Source of the DNA: Acidimicrobiia bacterium
Lineage (GTDB): Bacteria; Actinomycetota; Acidimicrobiia; Acidimicrobiales; Aldehydirespiratoraceae
Assembly (NCBI GenBank): GCA_022821685.1
Contig: JAJEDD010000027.1
Span: 1,403-65,402 of the forward strand
Direction of reading: 5' to 3'
Length of the DNA stretch: 64,000 nucleotides
This document shows positions 41,541 to 52,641 of the stretch, in pieces. The notes below the pieces were generated by a model. That model did no database searches and was not told the origin of the DNA. It was given only the letters and a program-made list of their open reading frames with translations. Every line of letters starts with the position of its first letter. Position 1 is the stretch's first letter. The position numbers and the translations under genes are program-made.

Positions 41541-43351
41541 GAGTCGGAGTCCTCGCTCTCGGGTTCGAGGTCCTCGGCTTCGTCTGCTGGGGGCTCAGGC
41601 TCGGGTGGCGGCACGGGGCCCAGCGAGACCAGTACTCGCACCGTGCTGCCTATCGGCACCGCCGAGCCGCTGGCCGGGCGGAAGCCGATCACGCTTCCCT
41701 CGGCCACGTCGTCCGAGAACTCCAGCACGACCCGCGGCGCCAGCCCTGTGTCGTCCAGCGCGTCGGCGGCGTCCCCCGGCTCCAGGCTCTCGGGCACCGC
41801 GGGAACCGTCCGATCAGCCGGGCCGTCCGACACCAGCAGCTTGACCTCGCGGCCCGGCTCCAGCTCGTAGACGCCCTCAGCGACGTCGAGGCCGACCACG
41901 TTCCCAGACGGCACCACTTCATCGTGGACCGGCGTCGTGCCGCCCAGACCCAAACCGGCGGCGTCGAGCTCCGCGGCGGCGTCGTTCACCGTCATGCCGT
42001 ACAGCCCGTCGAGATCGGCGAGCGGCACCAGCGGCTCGCCCAGCGAGACGAACACGTCCAGCGTCGCACCTTCGGCCAGCGTGGCGCCGGCCGCGGGCTC
42101 GGTGCCGACGATCTCGCCCCGCTCGGTGCCCGCGGCGCGAACCAGGATCTCGTTGGCCTCCCAACCCATGTCGGCCGCAGCCGACACCGCCGCCTCACCG
42201 GTGTGGCCCGCGAGCTCGGGAACGGTGGGATCGGACTCGCCGAGCCAAACCCAGACCCCGCCCGCGGCGGCGCCCGCCACCAGCATGGTGGCCAGCGCCA
42301 GCCCCGGCCAGCGTCGGCGAAGCACGTCGTCGTGGGGGATGGCCGAACGCTCCGACACGGTGGGGCCGACCTGCTCGAAGGCCTCGGTGCTGTCGGCCGG
42401 GGGCGGACCCTCGTCGCTGGGCGGGGCCTTTGCGACAGCCAGCGGGAGCGGGTCGGGGCGCGGCAGCAGCGACGCCACCCGCAGCAGTTCCGATGCCAGC
42501 TCGGAGGCGGTCAGCCGTCCGATGGGGTCGGCCGCGATGGCGCGCTCCAGCACGGCTTGGAGCGGACCGAGGGCGGTGATGGGAATCGGGTCCGAGCCAC
42601 CGACGTCAACCGTCAGCTCTCGGGCGCCGGTGACCGCCTCGCACAGGACCAGGGCCAAGTCGTGAACGTCCTGGGCCTGCTCGATCCGGGAGTGGCTCAG
42701 CGCCCCGCCACCGGGATCGGCGGCATCACGGCTAGCCGGGTCGGCGCCCTCGGGGCCATCGCGCAACTGGGGGCCGGCATCTCGCGCCACCGCGGGATCA
42801 TCCCCGCTGTGGTGTGCCGCGCTCGCGGGCTGCTCCTCCCCGAGGGCCACCGCCAGACCGAGGTCGGAGATGTAGGGCCTGGAGCTGGAGTCGAACAGGA
42901 TGCTGGCAGGCGTGAGGCCGAGATGGGCCCGACCGTCGCGGTGGACGTTCACCAGTGCTCGTGCAGCCTCCAGCCCGACCATGAGCGCCTGCGACGGAGT
43001 GAGCCGATATCCCTCCCGCAGCACCGCGGCCAAGCTGCCGCCGGTGAGGTACTCCGTCACCGCGTAGGGCTGCGGCTCGAGGCCCCAGTCGTACACCGGC
43101 AGCACCCGAGGATGGCTCAGCGCGGCGGTCGCACGCATCTCGTCGGCGAAGCGCTCAGCGAAGCCGGCCCGCTCAGCGGCGTCGGCCCGCAGGATCTTGA
43201 GCGCCACCCGCCGACGCAGCGCGAGATCCTCGGCCACGTAGACGCGTGCGTTCGATCCCTCGCCCACGAACTCCAGCAGCCGGTAGCGGCCACCGAAGGC
43301 CCGGCTGGCGTCCTGGCTGGCGATCACCGTCGCCACGGTACCGCCCGACAC
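41537..43351 (-). CDS. PASTA-domain Ser/Thr-kinase-like protein, predicted pseudokinase
   Basis: GEGSNARVY and VALK are present. However, the catalytic loop reads HLGLTPASIL instead of HRDxKPxN, DFG is DLG, and APE is absent. It has one TM segment and three PASTA-like repeats. Confidence 0.8.
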   Translation of the reverse strand: MSGGTVATVIASQDASRAFGGRYRLLEFVGEGSNARVYVAEDLALRRRVALKILRADAAERAGFAERFADEMRATAALSHPRVLPVYDWGLEPQPYAVTEYLTGGSLAAVLREGYRLTPSQALMVGLEAARALVNVHRDGRAHLGLTPASILFDSSSRPYISDLGLAVALGEEQPASAAHHSGDDPAVARDAGPQLRDGPEGADPASRDAADPGGGALSHSRIEQAQDVHDLALVLCEAVTGARELTVDVGGSDPIPITALGPLQAVLERAIAADPIGRLTASELASELLRVASLLPRPDPLPLAVAKAPPSDEGPPPADSTEAFEQVGPTVSERSAIPHDDVLRRRWPGLALATMLVAGAAAGGVWVWLGESDPTVPELAGHTGEAAVSAAADMGWEANEILVRAAGTERGEIVGTEPAAGATLAEGATLDVFVSLGEPLVPLADLDGLYGMTVNDAAAELDAAGLGLGGTTPVHDEVVPSGNVVGLDVAEGVYELEPGREVKLLVSDGPADRTVPAVPESLEPGDAADALDDTGLAPRVVLEFSDDVAEGSVIGFRPASGSAVPIGSTVRVLVSLGPVPPPEPEPPADEAEDLEPESEDSDS

Positions 43352-43404
43352 AGCCCCGACCGGGCCTCTCCCGCCCGCTCAAGCCAGTACCGTGACCGAT
43401 TGGG

Positions 43405-43881
43405 ATGTCAAGCAACGGACGCGGCCCCGAGCAGTCGCCGGCCCCTCGCAGTTCTCTGCGGGTGCGGGTGGGCATCGCGGCGCTGGTGCTGTTGGGGGTC
43501 TTGGGGTTCGTCGTGGCCGCCCTGATCGGGTCGAGCGACGACGACGCCGACAGTGCGGTCACTGCCAGCGGGGCCGTGGAGCGGGTGATCCCGAGCCCGG
43601 GGGACGAGGTGCTGCAGCAACAGCAGGTGGCCGTGGTCCTCGATGCTCGCTACCGGCTGTCGTCGCTAGTCGTATATGCCAGCGAGCAGGCCGGCAGCGG
43701 CATCGACGTGACCGCTGAGGTCAATCACATCGAGGGCCTGAACCGATTCGAGTTCAACCCCGGCGAGGGCCAGCTCATCGAGGCGCTGTCGCCCGACACC
43801 AACTGCGCGGTGGCAACCTTCGTGCTGATTGCCCGACCCGAGGAGGCCGACACCGCCCGCTGGTGCTTCGAAGTGTCCTGA
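43405..43881 (+). CDS. membrane-anchored hypothetical protein
   Basis: 158 aa. There is an N-terminal TM helix, VGIAALVLLGVLGFVVAALIG, followed by a soluble domain. I recognise no motif. Confidence 0.5.
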   Translation: MSSNGRGPEQSPAPRSSLRVRVGIAALVLLGVLGFVVAALIGSSDDDADSAVTASGAVERVIPSPGDEVLQQQQVAVVLDARYRLSSLVVYASEQAGSGIDVTAEVNHIEGLNRFEFNPGEGQLIEALSPDTNCAVATFVLIARPEEADTARWCFEVS

Positions 43882-44077
43882 TCCTGCGGCGCAGCACTCC
43901 GCGTGCCACGACTCGTATGGAAGCGCGATGAGGAACAGTGCCGCATGTTGCAGTGGCTTCTGCGCTGGCCCCAAAGAAAGCCCCGCCAGTGCACCACCGA
44001 CAAGCGATGGTGGACGGCGGGGAAGATTGATGACTGTCTAGCGCATCATCGCTAGTAGCGCAACCACAGTGGCATCA

Positions 44078-44396
44078 CTAGCGCCGGTAGTCAAAGGAAT
44101 CGTGAACTGCGTCATAGTCGCGCTGACCGAGGCGATGCTCCCATCTGAGGTAGCTCCTCTGCGGCTGTCGCCTGCCTCCTCCGGTCCAGGCAGCGGTTTC
44201 GCACGCCACGCCCGACGCGTGCGCGCGCTCCAGTGCCGGCAACAGATCGGAATCTCCTGAGAACAACACGACGATATCGAAGAAGGGGATCGACGTACTG
44301 CTCGCTCTTGATCTCCCACGGTTGACCGGTGCGATAGTCAAGGGGCCGTGTCCGCACATCTAGGGCCGTGTAGTTCAGTGACCCTGGTCTGGCCTG
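44078..44396 (-). pseudogene. truncated, frameshifted NYN (LabA-like) domain gene
   Basis: Frame 1 reads FDIVVLFSGDSDLLPALERAHASGVACETAAW...WEHRLGQRDYDAVHDSFDY. The upstream part (..LDYRTGQPWEIKSEQYVD..) is in another frame. The N-terminal half is absent and the remnant abuts the MTase 3' end. Confidence 0.5.
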
Positions 44397-44404
44397 TCAG
44401 ATGC

Positions 44405-45916
44405 TCAGGCTTCGCCGCAGGCCAAGGCTCTCAGCAACTTCAAGTCCTTAGGATCTTCCATCTCGATGACGGCGTGGACCGGCTTGTCGGGTCCGGTCAC
44501 TGCCTGAAGGGCGCGATGCCCGGCGCTGTTGGTGGCGGGCCGGTCGGTGGTGAGCAGCACCAGCGGCTGGTCGCAGCCAGCCGTGTGGAGGACGGACGCC
44601 CGACCGATCGCCTTCCACAGGGTGTCAGTGCGACGAAGCCCGGGCCGTTGGGTGACGCTGAAGGCACCCGACACGTCGAACAGCCATCGCCGGCCCTGGA
44701 GGTCGACAGCGGAAAAATTGACTTCGACGCCGCAAGAGAAGGAGACCTTGTCACGGATCCGTTCGAAGCCGCACTTCTCCAGGACTTTCCGGGCCTTCTC
44801 CTGCGCCTTGCGGCCTTCGAGCACAGACCGAGCCTGAAAATCTTCGCCCGGCGAAGGATGAGCTCCGTTGGCGGACACCGGTGAGGTGGAGGTTGTCCTG
44901 CGAGCATCCTCACCCAAATCCTCGAACAGGCTGGACTGGCCGTTTGCACTCGTCGATTCCCACCGCGGGGGGCTTGTGCCTTCGAGGCCGCTCTCCCTTT
45001 CTCTGGCGATGCGCTGTTTGGCTAGTTCGATGTAGCCCTCATCGGTATCGAAGCCGACGTAATGGCGGCCGGTGCGGACCGCGGCGACTGCCGTCGTTCC
45101 CGATCCCATGAATGGATCTAGCACGAGATCTTGCTCATAGGTGTAGAGGTCGATTAGTCGCTCCGGCAAGGCGACTGGGAACGGTGCGGGATGTCCCACC
45201 CGGGTAGCCGATTCGGTTGGGATTTTCCAGACATCGACCGTGGCGTCCATGAACTCGTCGGCGTTGGTTGTCGGACGAGAAGGCAACTCTCGATCAACCC
45301 TGTAGGACGGGGACAGAGCCCGGTCGAATCGGCCCTTGGACGCGATCACGATGCGCTCGGTCAGATCTCGGAGAACCGGGTTGGTCGGCAATTCGAAGCT
45401 GCCCCAAGCGCAGTTCCCGCCCGCTCCCTCGGCCTTTTGCCAGATCACCTCACCCCGCAGCAACAAACCCAGGTCGTCCTGGAGGATTCCAATCACATCC
45501 GAAGAAAGCGAGCGATACGGACGGCGTCCGAGATTAGCGACGTTGACAGCAATACGGCCCCCCGGCTCGAGCTTGCGGCTGCACACGTCCAACACGTCTC
45601 GAAGCATCTGCAGATAATCCTTGTAGCTGGCCGGGACATGGCCCTCCCCGACTGCCTGCTCGTACTCCTTGCCTGCGAAGTACGGCGGAGAGGTAACGAC
45701 TAGCGCGACCGAATTGTCCGCTACCTGCTCGTCGCTCATCCGTCGGGCGTCGGCCACCCAGAGACGGTCCCGGCACGCAGGCGGCGTGATGTGGTCTTCG
45801 TTGCTGGTTTCCGGCACCGGAAACCGTTCGTAGAACGCTGAAGAGTCGTGGCCCTCCCGTCGGCCCACACCGAAGCTGGATGTGGCCGTGGCCGCGCGCT
45901 GGGTCAAGAGGCTCAC
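44405..45916 (-). CDS. beta-class N4/N6 DNA methyltransferase with an extra ~150-aa C-terminal domain
   Basis: Motif IV VVTSPPY precedes motif I LDPFMGSGTT (beta order). SPPY favours N4-cytosine. The C-terminal domain (GRKAQEKARKVLEKCGFERI...VNFSAVD...WLFDVSG) is unassigned. Confidence 0.85.
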   Translation of the reverse strand: MSLLTQRAATATSSFGVGRREGHDSSAFYERFPVPETSNEDHITPPACRDRLWVADARRMSDEQVADNSVALVVTSPPYFAGKEYEQAVGEGHVPASYKDYLQMLRDVLDVCSRKLEPGGRIAVNVANLGRRPYRSLSSDVIGILQDDLGLLLRGEVIWQKAEGAGGNCAWGSFELPTNPVLRDLTERIVIASKGRFDRALSPSYRVDRELPSRPTTNADEFMDATVDVWKIPTESATRVGHPAPFPVALPERLIDLYTYEQDLVLDPFMGSGTTAVAAVRTGRHYVGFDTDEGYIELAKQRIARERESGLEGTSPPRWESTSANGQSSLFEDLGEDARRTTSTSPVSANGAHPSPGEDFQARSVLEGRKAQEKARKVLEKCGFERIRDKVSFSCGVEVNFSAVDLQGRRWLFDVSGAFSVTQRPGLRRTDTLWKAIGRASVLHTAGCDQPLVLLTTDRPATNSAGHRALQAVTGPDKPVHAVIEMEDPKDLKLLRALACGEA

Positions 45917-46045
45917 ATCGTCACGGGGGCGCAGGAGCGGCTCCCGCTCCGCCTCGGTATCGATGGCAAACGCCTCTGAATCACAGGTCCGAACCTACAT
46001 CGCCCATGGGACACGATGGGGGAGGGGCTAGCTCGATCCCGGCCT

Positions 46046-48142
<2,097 letters not shown>

Positions 48143-48236
48143 CTACATCTGGCCCCAGTTGCACAACGGCACGAGGACTCGAGTGTCCGCAGCGACGCCG
48201 TGGGGCATTCTTGCCCCGACTGGCAGAGCGGGCATA

Positions 48237-48358
48237 GCGGCCGAGCTTGCGAGGCCGTGGGCTGTGTTGCCGGGGTTTGGACGGCCCGGGCGCGAAGCGA
48301 ACAAGAGCGGTAATGACACCACTGCGACGCAACCGGCTTGCACCTACCCGCGAACGCG
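48237..48358 (-). repeat. dispersed intergenic repeat, long variant (diverged)
   Basis: gcggccgagcttgcgaggccgtgggctgtgttgccggggtttggacggcccgggcgcgaagcgaacaagagcggtaatgacaccactgcgacgcaaccggcttgcacctacccgcgaacgc. Confidence 0.8.
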
Positions 48359-48427
48359 CTTGGGGACTGCCCGGTGGCACACTTGCAGGCCGTGCGAGCT
48401 GCTGAACGAACCCAGGGGAGGGCCGCG

Positions 48428-49291
48428 ATGTGGCTGCGTGCCGCGGCGGCAGCGGCCTGGCTGGCGGTCGGAGCAGCAGCACTGCTAGCCGATGTGGTCC
48501 ACACCGGGCTGCGGCCCGACGACGAAGCGGCTCACAACACGGTGATCGCAGCCATGTGGCTTGCCTATGCCCTGGTGCTGGCGGCACTGCTGCTGCCCGG
48601 AGCCCGCGCCCTCACCGTGGCCCGGATCGGCGTGTCGGCGGGTGCGGTGGAACTGGCGGCTGCCGCCGCCTCCTCAGGCGAGCCGGCCGGCTGGGTCGGG
48701 CTGGTTTCTGGGCTGATCGGCACCGTCGTCGTGCTGCAACCCGCCTACGCCGATGCTCAGGTGGACGCGGCGAGCTACGGCGACGAGCGACGCTTCCTGC
48801 TGCGTCCGCCCGCGCCGGTCCTCGTTGCCCTGGTTGTGCCGACATGGGCGGTGTCGGTGGCCGGCGTGGCCGTCGGGCCGCTGCTGCTGGCCGGGCGTGG
48901 CTGGGCGGCGGGGATCGTCGCCGCCGCGGTGGGCCTGCCCGTCGCCGCGTTCGCGGCCCACACCCTTTATCGGCTGGCCCGGCGCTGGCTGGTGTTCGTC
49001 CCCAACGGGCTGGTGGTGCACGACCACCTGGCCGTGGCCGAGCCCCTGCCGCTGAGCCGCCGCGGCATTCATTCCATCGGCCCGGCGCCCGCCGACACCG
49101 CCGCGGCCGACCTGACCGCGCAGGCCCTGGGCATGGCCTTGGAACTGCGCCTCTCCAACCCGGTGACCGCGGCGGTGATGACCGGCCGCAACCGCAGCGA
49201 GCCGCGCACCGTCACCGACGTACTGGTGTCGCCCAGCCGCCCCGCAGCCGTGCTCTCCACCGCCCAGCGCCGCGGCCTCAAGCTCGCCTGA
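48428..49291 (+). CDS. polytopic membrane protein of unknown function
   Basis: ORF 48338..49291 trimmed to ATG 48428, because the upstream part lies in the repeat element. It has several Ala/Leu/Val-rich helices followed by a soluble C-terminal part. Confidence 0.5.
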   Translation: MWLRAAAAAAWLAVGAAALLADVVHTGLRPDDEAAHNTVIAAMWLAYALVLAALLLPGARALTVARIGVSAGAVELAAAAASSGEPAGWVGLVSGLIGTVVVLQPAYADAQVDAASYGDERRFLLRPPAPVLVALVVPTWAVSVAGVAVGPLLLAGRGWAAGIVAAAVGLPVAAFAAHTLYRLARRWLVFVPNGLVVHDHLAVAEPLPLSRRGIHSIGPAPADTAAADLTAQALGMALELRLSNPVTAAVMTGRNRSEPRTVTDVLVSPSRPAAVLSTAQRRGLKLA

Positions 49292-49343
49292 CACGCGGGG
49301 CCGAGCGGACAGCCGGTACACTGATGCATCATGGTGCTATGAT

Positions 49344-49580
49344 GTGATGATGCGAACGACGATTGACATACCAGCCGACCTGCACGCGCTGGCCCGTGAA
49401 CTTGCCCATCAGCAGCGCAAGACCTTGAGCCAGGTCGTCACCGAATGTATGCGGCGAGGACTCGGTGTTGATGATGAGAGCAGGCTGACGGTCAGTGTGT
49501 CTCCCTCAGGATGGCCAACGGTCACGCTGGGGCGACCGATCACGGCCGAGGATGTCAGGGCCCTAGAGGACGAGTGGTGA
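49344..49580 (+). CDS. vapB: type II antitoxin (VapB-like)
   Basis: 78 aa, MRTTIDIPADLHALARELAHQQRKTLSQVVTECMRRGL. It is preceded by the inverted repeat catcat-N6-atgatg (49327-49344). Confidence 0.7.
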   Translation: MMMRTTIDIPADLHALARELAHQQRKTLSQVVTECMRRGLGVDDESRLTVSVSPSGWPTVTLGRPITAEDVRALEDEW

Positions 49581-49596
49581 GAGCACGAGAGAGCCG

Positions 49597-49995
49597 GTGA
49601 CCACGGCGCTGGCTGACGGCAATGTCCTTATCGCGCTGACGGTAACCGACCACATCCACCATCGGGGGGCGCGGGAGTGGGTTGCGAGCCATTGCGACCA
49701 ACTGGCCACCTGTCCGATCACTCAGGGAACTCTGTTGCGGTTCTTGCTGCGGACGGAGGTGGGCGCAAACGGCGCCCTCGAAGCCCTGATCCAGATTGTC
49801 TCGCTGCCCCGACACGTCTTCTGGCCCGACGAGATCGGCTACGACGCGGCGGTTCTCAGGGGAGTGGCCGGACACCGTCAGGTCACCGACTCATATCTCG
49901 TCGCGCTGGCCAAACACTTCGGGGGATCGCTGGTGACCCTGGACAAGGCGCTGGCGGCCGTCCATCCCGACACGGTCGAGCTGATCGCCACCTGA
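49597..49995 (+). CDS. vapC: PIN-domain toxin VapC
   Basis: LADGNVLIAL (PIN Asp), ...CPITQGTLLRFL... and ...QVTDSYLVALA...LVTLD. Confidence 0.8.
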   Translation: MTTALADGNVLIALTVTDHIHHRGAREWVASHCDQLATCPITQGTLLRFLLRTEVGANGALEALIQIVSLPRHVFWPDEIGYDAAVLRGVAGHRQVTDSYLVALAKHFGGSLVTLDKALAAVHPDTVELIAT

Positions 49996-50011
49996 CGGCT
50001 CGCAGCGGGGC

Positions 50012-50160
50012 GGCTAAGGGGCCGAGCGAATAGGCGAACGAATTCGGCCCATACGGGCGAGGCCGTGGGCTGTGGTGCCGGGGTTTGGGCGACCCGTGAG
50101 CGCAGCGAACAAGAGCGGGAATGCCCCCAGTGCGACGCGACTGGCTCTCACCGATTTGCA
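50012..50160 (-). repeat. dispersed intergenic repeat, long variant, full length
   Basis: ggctaaggggccgagcgaataggcgaacgaattcggcccatacgggcgaggccgtgggctgtggtgccggggtttgggcgacccgtgagcgcagcgaacaagagcgggaatgcccccagtgcgacgcgactggctctcaccgatttgca. Confidence 0.9.
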
Positions 50161-50166
50161 GGCCCT

Positions 50167-51375
50167 CTAAGGAACCTCGGCCCTTGTCGAGCGGGTGGCG
50201 GTGCCGCCTCCCACTACGACATCGCCCGCGTAGGCGACCACGCTCTGGCCGGAGGCAACCTTGCGGCGGGGCTCGGCCCAGTACACCGCGGCACCGTCGG
50301 AGTCGATGGTGGCCTCCGCCGCGGTGCCGTGGGCCGAGGTCTGCACCAGCACGGGGCCGTCCACAGGTCCGTGCGTCCAGCGCCAGTCCTGCAGCGGCGT
50401 CGCCGAGCAGTCGAGCTCTGACCGGCTGCCCACCGTCACCGTCGACGACTCGGGGTGGACATCGAGCACATAGCGGGGCGATCCCCCGCCCATCGCGCCG
50501 AGGCCGCGGCGCTGGCCGACCGTCACCAACTCCAGCGCCTCGACGGTGCCGACCTGGCGGCCCGCAGTGTCCACCACCCGGCCCGGACGCATCGGGATGC
50601 GCTCATCGAGGAACTTGCGGCGACCGGCCGCGGCGGTGATGAAACACACGTCCTGGCTGTCGGGCTTGGCCGCCGTGACCAGACTCCGGGCCTCGGCCTC
50701 GCGCCGCACCTCGTCCTTGGTCGTCTCCCCCACCGGCAGCAGCAGCCGCTCCAGCACCGAAGTGCCGAGCATGTGCAAAACGTAGGACTGGTCCTTGGCG
50801 GCATCGGCGCCCCGGGCCAGCCGGGGTCCGGCCGCGGTCGAGACGATGCGGGCGTGGTGGCCGGTCGCCACCCGGTCGAAGCCCAGCGCGTCGGCCCGGC
50901 GCAGCAGTCGGTCGAACTTGATGTGCCGGTTGCACTCCACACAGGGATTGGGGGTGAGGCCGGCGGCATGGTCGGCGGCGTACGGGGCCACCACATGGCG
51001 CTCGAAGTCGTCGCCGAAGTTGAAGACGTGGTGCTCGATGCCCAACTCGTCGGCCGCCCAGCGGGCATCGTCCACATCGGACACCGAGCAGCAGCCGGTG
51101 TCGCTGGGTCCGCCCCAGAGCTTCATGGTGACTCCCGCTACGTCGTATCCCGCGTCGAGCAGGCGGGCCGCGGCCACCGATGAGTCCACCCCACCCGACA
51201 TGGCCACCAGCACCCTCGGGCCTCGAGCCCCGCCGATGCCGCCGGTTCCGTCCGCCCCGGCCGCTTCGCGAGGCGCGGACCGACCGCTCACACCGGCACC
51301 GCCGGTTCCGTCCGCCTCAGCCGCTTCGCGAGGCGCGGACCGCCTGATCGCGCCAGTGCCGCCGGTTCCGTCCAT
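50167..51375 (-). CDS. mnmA: tRNA 2-thiouridine(34) synthase
   Basis: PP-loop VAMSGGVDSS and CVECNRHIKFD. ATG 51375 would add a 54-aa repeat-containing extension; alternative starts are GTG 51213 and ATG 51201. Confidence 0.93.
   Translation of the reverse strand: MDGTGGTGAIRRSAPREAAEADGTGGAGVSGRSAPREAAGADGTGGIGGARGPRVLVAMSGGVDSSVAAARLLDAGYDVAGVTMKLWGGPSDTGCCSVSDVDDARWAADELGIEHHVFNFGDDFERHVVAPYAADHAAGLTPNPCVECNRHIKFDRLLRRADALGFDRVATGHHARIVSTAAGPRLARGADAAKDQSYVLHMLGTSVLERLLLPVGETTKDEVRREAEARSLVTAAKPDSQDVCFITAAAGRRKFLDERIPMRPGRVVDTAGRQVGTVEALELVTVGQRRGLGAMGGGSPRYVLDVHPESSTVTVGSRSELDCSATPLQDWRWTHGPVDGPVLVQTSAHGTAAEATIDSDGAAVYWAEPRRKVASGQSVVAYAGDVVVGGGTATRSTRAEVP
51231..51374. repeat. 60-bp tandem repeat, ~2.4 copies, at the iscS-mnmA junction
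   Basis: Units at 51241-51300 and 51301-51360 both begin gccggttccgtccgcc..gccgcttcgcgaggcgcggaccg, with a partial third unit at 51361-51374. On the minus strand they read in frame as DGTGG.G...RSAPREAA.A. Confidence 0.9.
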
Positions 51376-51376
51376 G

Positions 51377-52549
51377 TCAGCCTCCGTCGAAGCGGTCGAG
51401 GCGTGCGACGGACTCCGCGATGACCTCGACGGCCTGCTCCACGTCGGAGGCGGCGCTGGTGTGGCCGAGCGACAGCCGCAGCGACCCCAGGGCCACTTCG
51501 CGGGGCACCCCCATGGCGGCCAGCACATGGGACGGATCCTGGGCGCCGCTGGAGCACGAGGAGGCGGCCGAGGCCCGCACCCCGGCCGCGTCGATCAGGA
51601 ACAGCAGCGCCTCGCTCTGAACCCCGGTGATGCACACGTTGGCGATGCCGGCCGCGATGTGGCCGCGGTCGCTCCCGCAGGGCGCGGCCGAGACTGTCAA
51701 CCGGTCGCCGAGCCGGTCGGCGAGGCCGTCGATCAGGGCATCGCGCAGGACGCGGAGCCGCTCGACGCTGCCCTCGCGCTGCTCGACGGTCTCAGTCAGC
51801 GCCGCCGCCAGCGACACCGCTCCGGCCACATCGGGAGTTCCGGCCCGCCGGCCCCTCTCCTGTCCACCCCCGACGATCAGCGGGTCGAGCTCAACGCCGT
51901 CTCGCACGACCAGCACACCGGTCCCGACGGGGGAGCCCACCTTGTGGCCGGTCACCGACACGAGGTCGTAGTCGGCCGTCTCCGCGGCCACATCGATCCA
52001 GTTCACCGCCTGCACTGCGTCGGTGTGCAGCAAGGCGACGGGAGCCAGCTCGCGCACGACGCCGGCCACCTCTCGAAGCGGCGTGATCGATCCGGTCTCG
52101 TTGTTGACTGCGATCACCGACACCACCGCCACGTTGCCGTCGCGGGCTCGCAGCACCTCGGCCAGCGCGTCGAGGTCGACGATGCCCCGCCGGTCAACCC
52201 CCACCATCACGCCGCCGGAGCGCTCCACCGGATCGTGCACCGCGTGGTGCTCGGCCTCAGTGGTCACCGCCACCGCGTCAGGCCCTCGGAGCCCGAGAGC
52301 GCCCCGCACCGCCATGTTGTCGGCCTCGCTGCCACCCGAGGTGAACACGATCTCACCGGGACGGGCGCCAAGCGCGGCAGCTACCTGCTCGCGGGCCCGG
52401 TCCAGCGCCCGACGGGCCTCACGGGCGGCCAGATGCGACCCGGTGGGGTTGGCGTGGTGCCGGTCGGCCGCGGCCAGCCAGGCGTCTCGGGCCACGGCCC
52501 GCAGCGGCGTGGATGCGGCGTGGTCGAGATAGACCTCGCGCTCAGACAC
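51377..52549 (-). CDS. iscS: cysteine desulfurase (IscS/NifS family)
   Basis: YLDHAASTP, FTSGGSEADN, SVTGHKVGSPVGTG (PLP Lys) and the C-terminal SSCSSG active-site Cys loop. Confidence 0.9.
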   Translation of the reverse strand: MSEREVYLDHAASTPLRAVARDAWLAAADRHHANPTGSHLAAREARRALDRAREQVAAALGARPGEIVFTSGGSEADNMAVRGALGLRGPDAVAVTTEAEHHAVHDPVERSGGVMVGVDRRGIVDLDALAEVLRARDGNVAVVSVIAVNNETGSITPLREVAGVVRELAPVALLHTDAVQAVNWIDVAAETADYDLVSVTGHKVGSPVGTGVLVVRDGVELDPLIVGGGQERGRRAGTPDVAGAVSLAAALTETVEQREGSVERLRVLRDALIDGLADRLGDRLTVSAAPCGSDRGHIAAGIANVCITGVQSEALLFLIDAAGVRASAASSCSSGAQDPSHVLAAMGVPREVALGSLRLSLGHTSAASDVEQAVEVIAESVARLDRFDGG

Positions 52550-52641
52550 CCAGTCATCCTACGGAACAAGCACTGCGGCGGACCTGAAGCCCACCAGCAG
52601 ACACGGCCAAGGCCATGTGGCCGGCGGCTACTGGGCGGCGG

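Noticed and set aside
45934-45950. Perfect 7-bp hairpin ggagcgg-ctc-ccgctcc between ligA and the MTase gene, as a ligA terminator.
   Set aside because: There is no U-tract on the transcribed strand and it lies only 18 nt from the MTase start. Short GC stems like this are frequent by chance in this composition, so it is not listed as a feature.
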